Assembly: GCA_964549615.1 (NCBI GenBank) | Contig: CAZJVP010000012.1 | Location: 1 to 19,848 of the forward strand | DNA: 19,848 nucleotides | From: an uncultured Thermococci archaeon | GTDB taxonomy: Archaea > CAYQAE01 > CAYVLA01 | Direction of reading: 5' to 3' | Shown: positions 18,037 to 19,848 of the stretch, piece after piece | Position numbering within the stretch: the first letter of the stretch is position 1 | Layout: each line of letters begins with the position of its first letter | Program-made: the position numbers and the translations under genes | The notes under the pieces: generated by a model | What the model was told of the DNA's origin: nothing | Databases searched by the model: none | The model's input: only the letters and a program-made list of their open reading frames with translations

Positions 18037-18545
18037 CGCTCAACCTCCATCTGGGCTTCCCCAAAGGCCTTGCTGATCTTCTCCACATGATCCGCAGGGT
18101 CCTCCACGAGAACCTTCGCCCCGCCAATGATGTCGATGAACCCAAGCTCGTTTCCATACCGGGGCACGACGTGAGCGTGAAGGTGGGCTATGCTTGCCCC
18201 CGAGGCTTCACCGACGTTGAAGCCGATGTTGTACCCCTTCGGCGAGTAGCACGATTTCAGGGCGCGCACGGCCAGGTTCACCGACCGAAACAGGCACAGA
18301 GCTTCTTCCTCGTCCAACTCGGAGAGCTCCAAGACGTGCCTCTTGGGAAAGACCATCAGGTGGCCAGGGTTGTACGGATAAAGGTTCAGAACTGCGATGT
18401 TCGTCTCGTCCCTCCAAACCTCCAAGCTCCTGACCCTTGGGTCCTTATCCCGGATTGAACAAAGTATGCAATCGACCTTGGGCTTATCGGCCCTGCTCAC
18501 GTACCCTGCCTTCGTGGGAACCCAAAGGTATGCGTCGAACCTCAC
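18033..18545 (-). CDS. HIT-family nucleotide hydrolase/phosphorylase (Ap4A-phosphorylase-like), 170 aa
   Basis: Start reassigned to GTG 18545, 7 nt after a GGTGA RBS. Motifs: CILC, NLYPYNPGHLMV, GYNIGFN, HLHAHVVPR. Confidence 0.9.
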   Translation of the reverse strand: MRFDAYLWVPTKAGYVSRADKPKVDCILCSIRDKDPRVRSLEVWRDETNIAVLNLYPYNPGHLMVFPKRHVLELSELDEEEALCLFRSVNLAVRALKSCYSPKGYNIGFNVGEASGASIAHLHAHVVPRYGNELGFIDIIGGAKVLVEDPADHVEKISKAFGEAQMEVER

Positions 18546-18661
18546 GATCGGATCACCGACAACTCGGCGGAACGAGGCCTGCTTTCCCGTCCGCCACCCG
18601 GCGGGCCCCGGATCACCCACGCGCTTAGGCCGCGTTCGGAAAGCCGGCGCGCCCAAAGCTT

Positions 18662-18726
18662 GAAAAATATAACCAGACTACGATGGGGGTCGTGCACCCC
18701 ACGGGCAAGGATCCAACCATTTTTTA
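18662..18726. promoter_or_regulatory. Divergent promoter region for the HIT-mobB-apgM operon and alaX
   Basis: AT-rich boxes in GC-rich DNA: minus-strand TTATATTT (18672-18665) and plus-strand TTTTTTA (18720-18726), the latter 29-35 nt before ATG 18755. Confidence 0.45.
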
Positions 18727-18754
18727 CCTCACCCTCGTGAGGCGCGGGAGCACG

Positions 18755-19462
18755 ATGACGGAACTCATCTACTTCTCAGACTGCTACGTCAAGGAGTTCG
18801 GTGCAAACGTCACCCGCGTGCATGGCAACCGAGTCGCCCTTGACCGAACGGCATTCTACCCCACTGGGGGAGGACAGCCCTGTGATACCGGCACGCTCTA
18901 TGGAGAACAAGGCGTTGCACGCGTGGTTGAGGTCGTCAAAGCTGGAGCGGAAGTGTTCCATTCATTGGACGGGCCAATCCCAAAGCAGGGCAGCAGGGTT
19001 GAGGCGAGCATCGATTGGGACAGGAGGTACGCACACATGAGGTACCACACCGCCCAGCACCTTCTGTCCGCCTATTTCCTGGACCACCACGAGGCGAGGA
19101 CGGTGGGGAACGAGATCTCCACCGCTGGCGCGTCCATCGACCTGGACTTGGATTCGCTCGACCCCGACTCCCTCAAGAGGGCAAGCGACCAGATCAACCT
19201 GTGGATCGGGAAGTCGCTGCCCGTGAGGATCACCTTGATGCCGCGGGAGGACGCCCTCCGCATGCTCAATCCACAGAGAACCAGGATCGACCTGCTTCCG
19301 AGGTCTGTCACGACGCTAAGGATCGTGGAGGTACAGGGCGTGGACGTGGTTGCATGTGCCGGAACGCACGTAGGCAACACATCCGAGCTCGGCCACTTCC
19401 AGATCCTAAAGGCATCCAGCAGGGAGGAAAAAAGCCTCAAGTTGGAGTTCGTCCTGAGCTAG
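18755..19462 (+). CDS. alaXM: Alanyl-tRNA editing protein AlaX-M, 235 aa
   Basis: Start at MTELIYFSDCY (ATG 18755). LDRTAFYPTGGGQPCDTG, IDWDRRYAHMRYHTAQH (HxxxH) and CAGTH (CxxxH). Confidence 0.92.
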   Translation: MTELIYFSDCYVKEFGANVTRVHGNRVALDRTAFYPTGGGQPCDTGTLYGEQGVARVVEVVKAGAEVFHSLDGPIPKQGSRVEASIDWDRRYAHMRYHTAQHLLSAYFLDHHEARTVGNEISTAGASIDLDLDSLDPDSLKRASDQINLWIGKSLPVRITLMPREDALRMLNPQRTRIDLLPRSVTTLRIVEVQGVDVVACAGTHVGNTSELGHFQILKASSREEKSLKLEFVLS

Positions 19463-19714
19463 GTTTTGAGGGCCTCCCGAGATGCCCTCGCGATGGCCTT
19501 ATGCACGCTCACGGCCTGATCAACGCAGCGCTCCAAATTCACGGATCAGTAGCCATGCTATGCCGGGCCAAGACAGCAAGGCCAAGCCGCCCGGTCTCGG
19601 CACCAACCTTCGCGGGCTCCCTCGAAGCGCACGCACTCTTAGAAGTGCGATAGCCCCTCGAGGCGGTCTAGGGTCCAAGCCAGCGCCGCGGAGGCCCAAG
19701 AAAGGGAACCTATC

Positions 19715-19848
19715 CTACCAGAATTTCCACCAAGGCTTCTTCTTCGGTTGGGGCGCCTCCGTCTTAGGCGCCTCAGCCTTCGCCTCTTCCTTGGGCTTCT
19801 CTTCCGGCTTCGGTGGTTGCTCCGGCTGCTTAGCTTCGGATGACACCG
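19715..19848 (-). CDS. 3' end of a CDS entering from the right edge: low-complexity Pro/Glu/Lys linker ending in KKKPWWKFW
   Basis: The minus strand from 19846 reads VSSEAKQPEQPPKPEEKPKEEAKAEAPKTEAPQPKKKPWWKFW*, with TAG at 19717-19715. It is absent from the ORF track because it is short and partial. Confidence 0.8.
   Translation of the reverse strand, partial: VSSEAKQPEQPPKPEEKPKEEAKAEAPKTEAPQPKKKPWWKFW

Overview
High-GC archaeal chromosomal window, most likely from a TACK-type lineage. The evidence is a tRNA with bulge-helix-bulge (BHB) introns, BRE/TATA promoters about 30 nt before apparently leaderless starts, GGTGA ribosome-binding sites, and apgM, AlaX-M and AGOG homologues. The left arm holds a 5'-partial GxGYxYP-family protein, a membrane-anchored GATase1-like protein, a TIM-barrel isomerase/epimerase, a metallophosphoesterase with a C-terminal zinc finger, and CopA. 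The centre holds tRNA-Glu(TTC) with two non-canonical introns (21/22, and 34/35 inside the anticodon). About 4 kb of gene-poor, partly decayed DNA follows (zinc-ribbon/AGOG pseudogene, DUF2293-like ORF, sulfatase), ending at a degenerate copy of the tRNA T-arm. The right arm holds a ferritin-like protein, an AN1-zinc-finger/TM/FG-GAP-ASPIC fusion, a second paralog of the membrane-anchored family, a cupin, a HIT-mobB-apgM operon with a structured leader, AlaX-M, and the end of a protein with a KKKPWWKFW tail. The best candidates for something new are the two-intron tRNA, the paralog pair sharing a conserved helical/TM/RRxLYREVxxTR tail, and the AN1-ZF/CRTAC1-like fusion. All family calls come from motif recognition by eye; no database searches were run.
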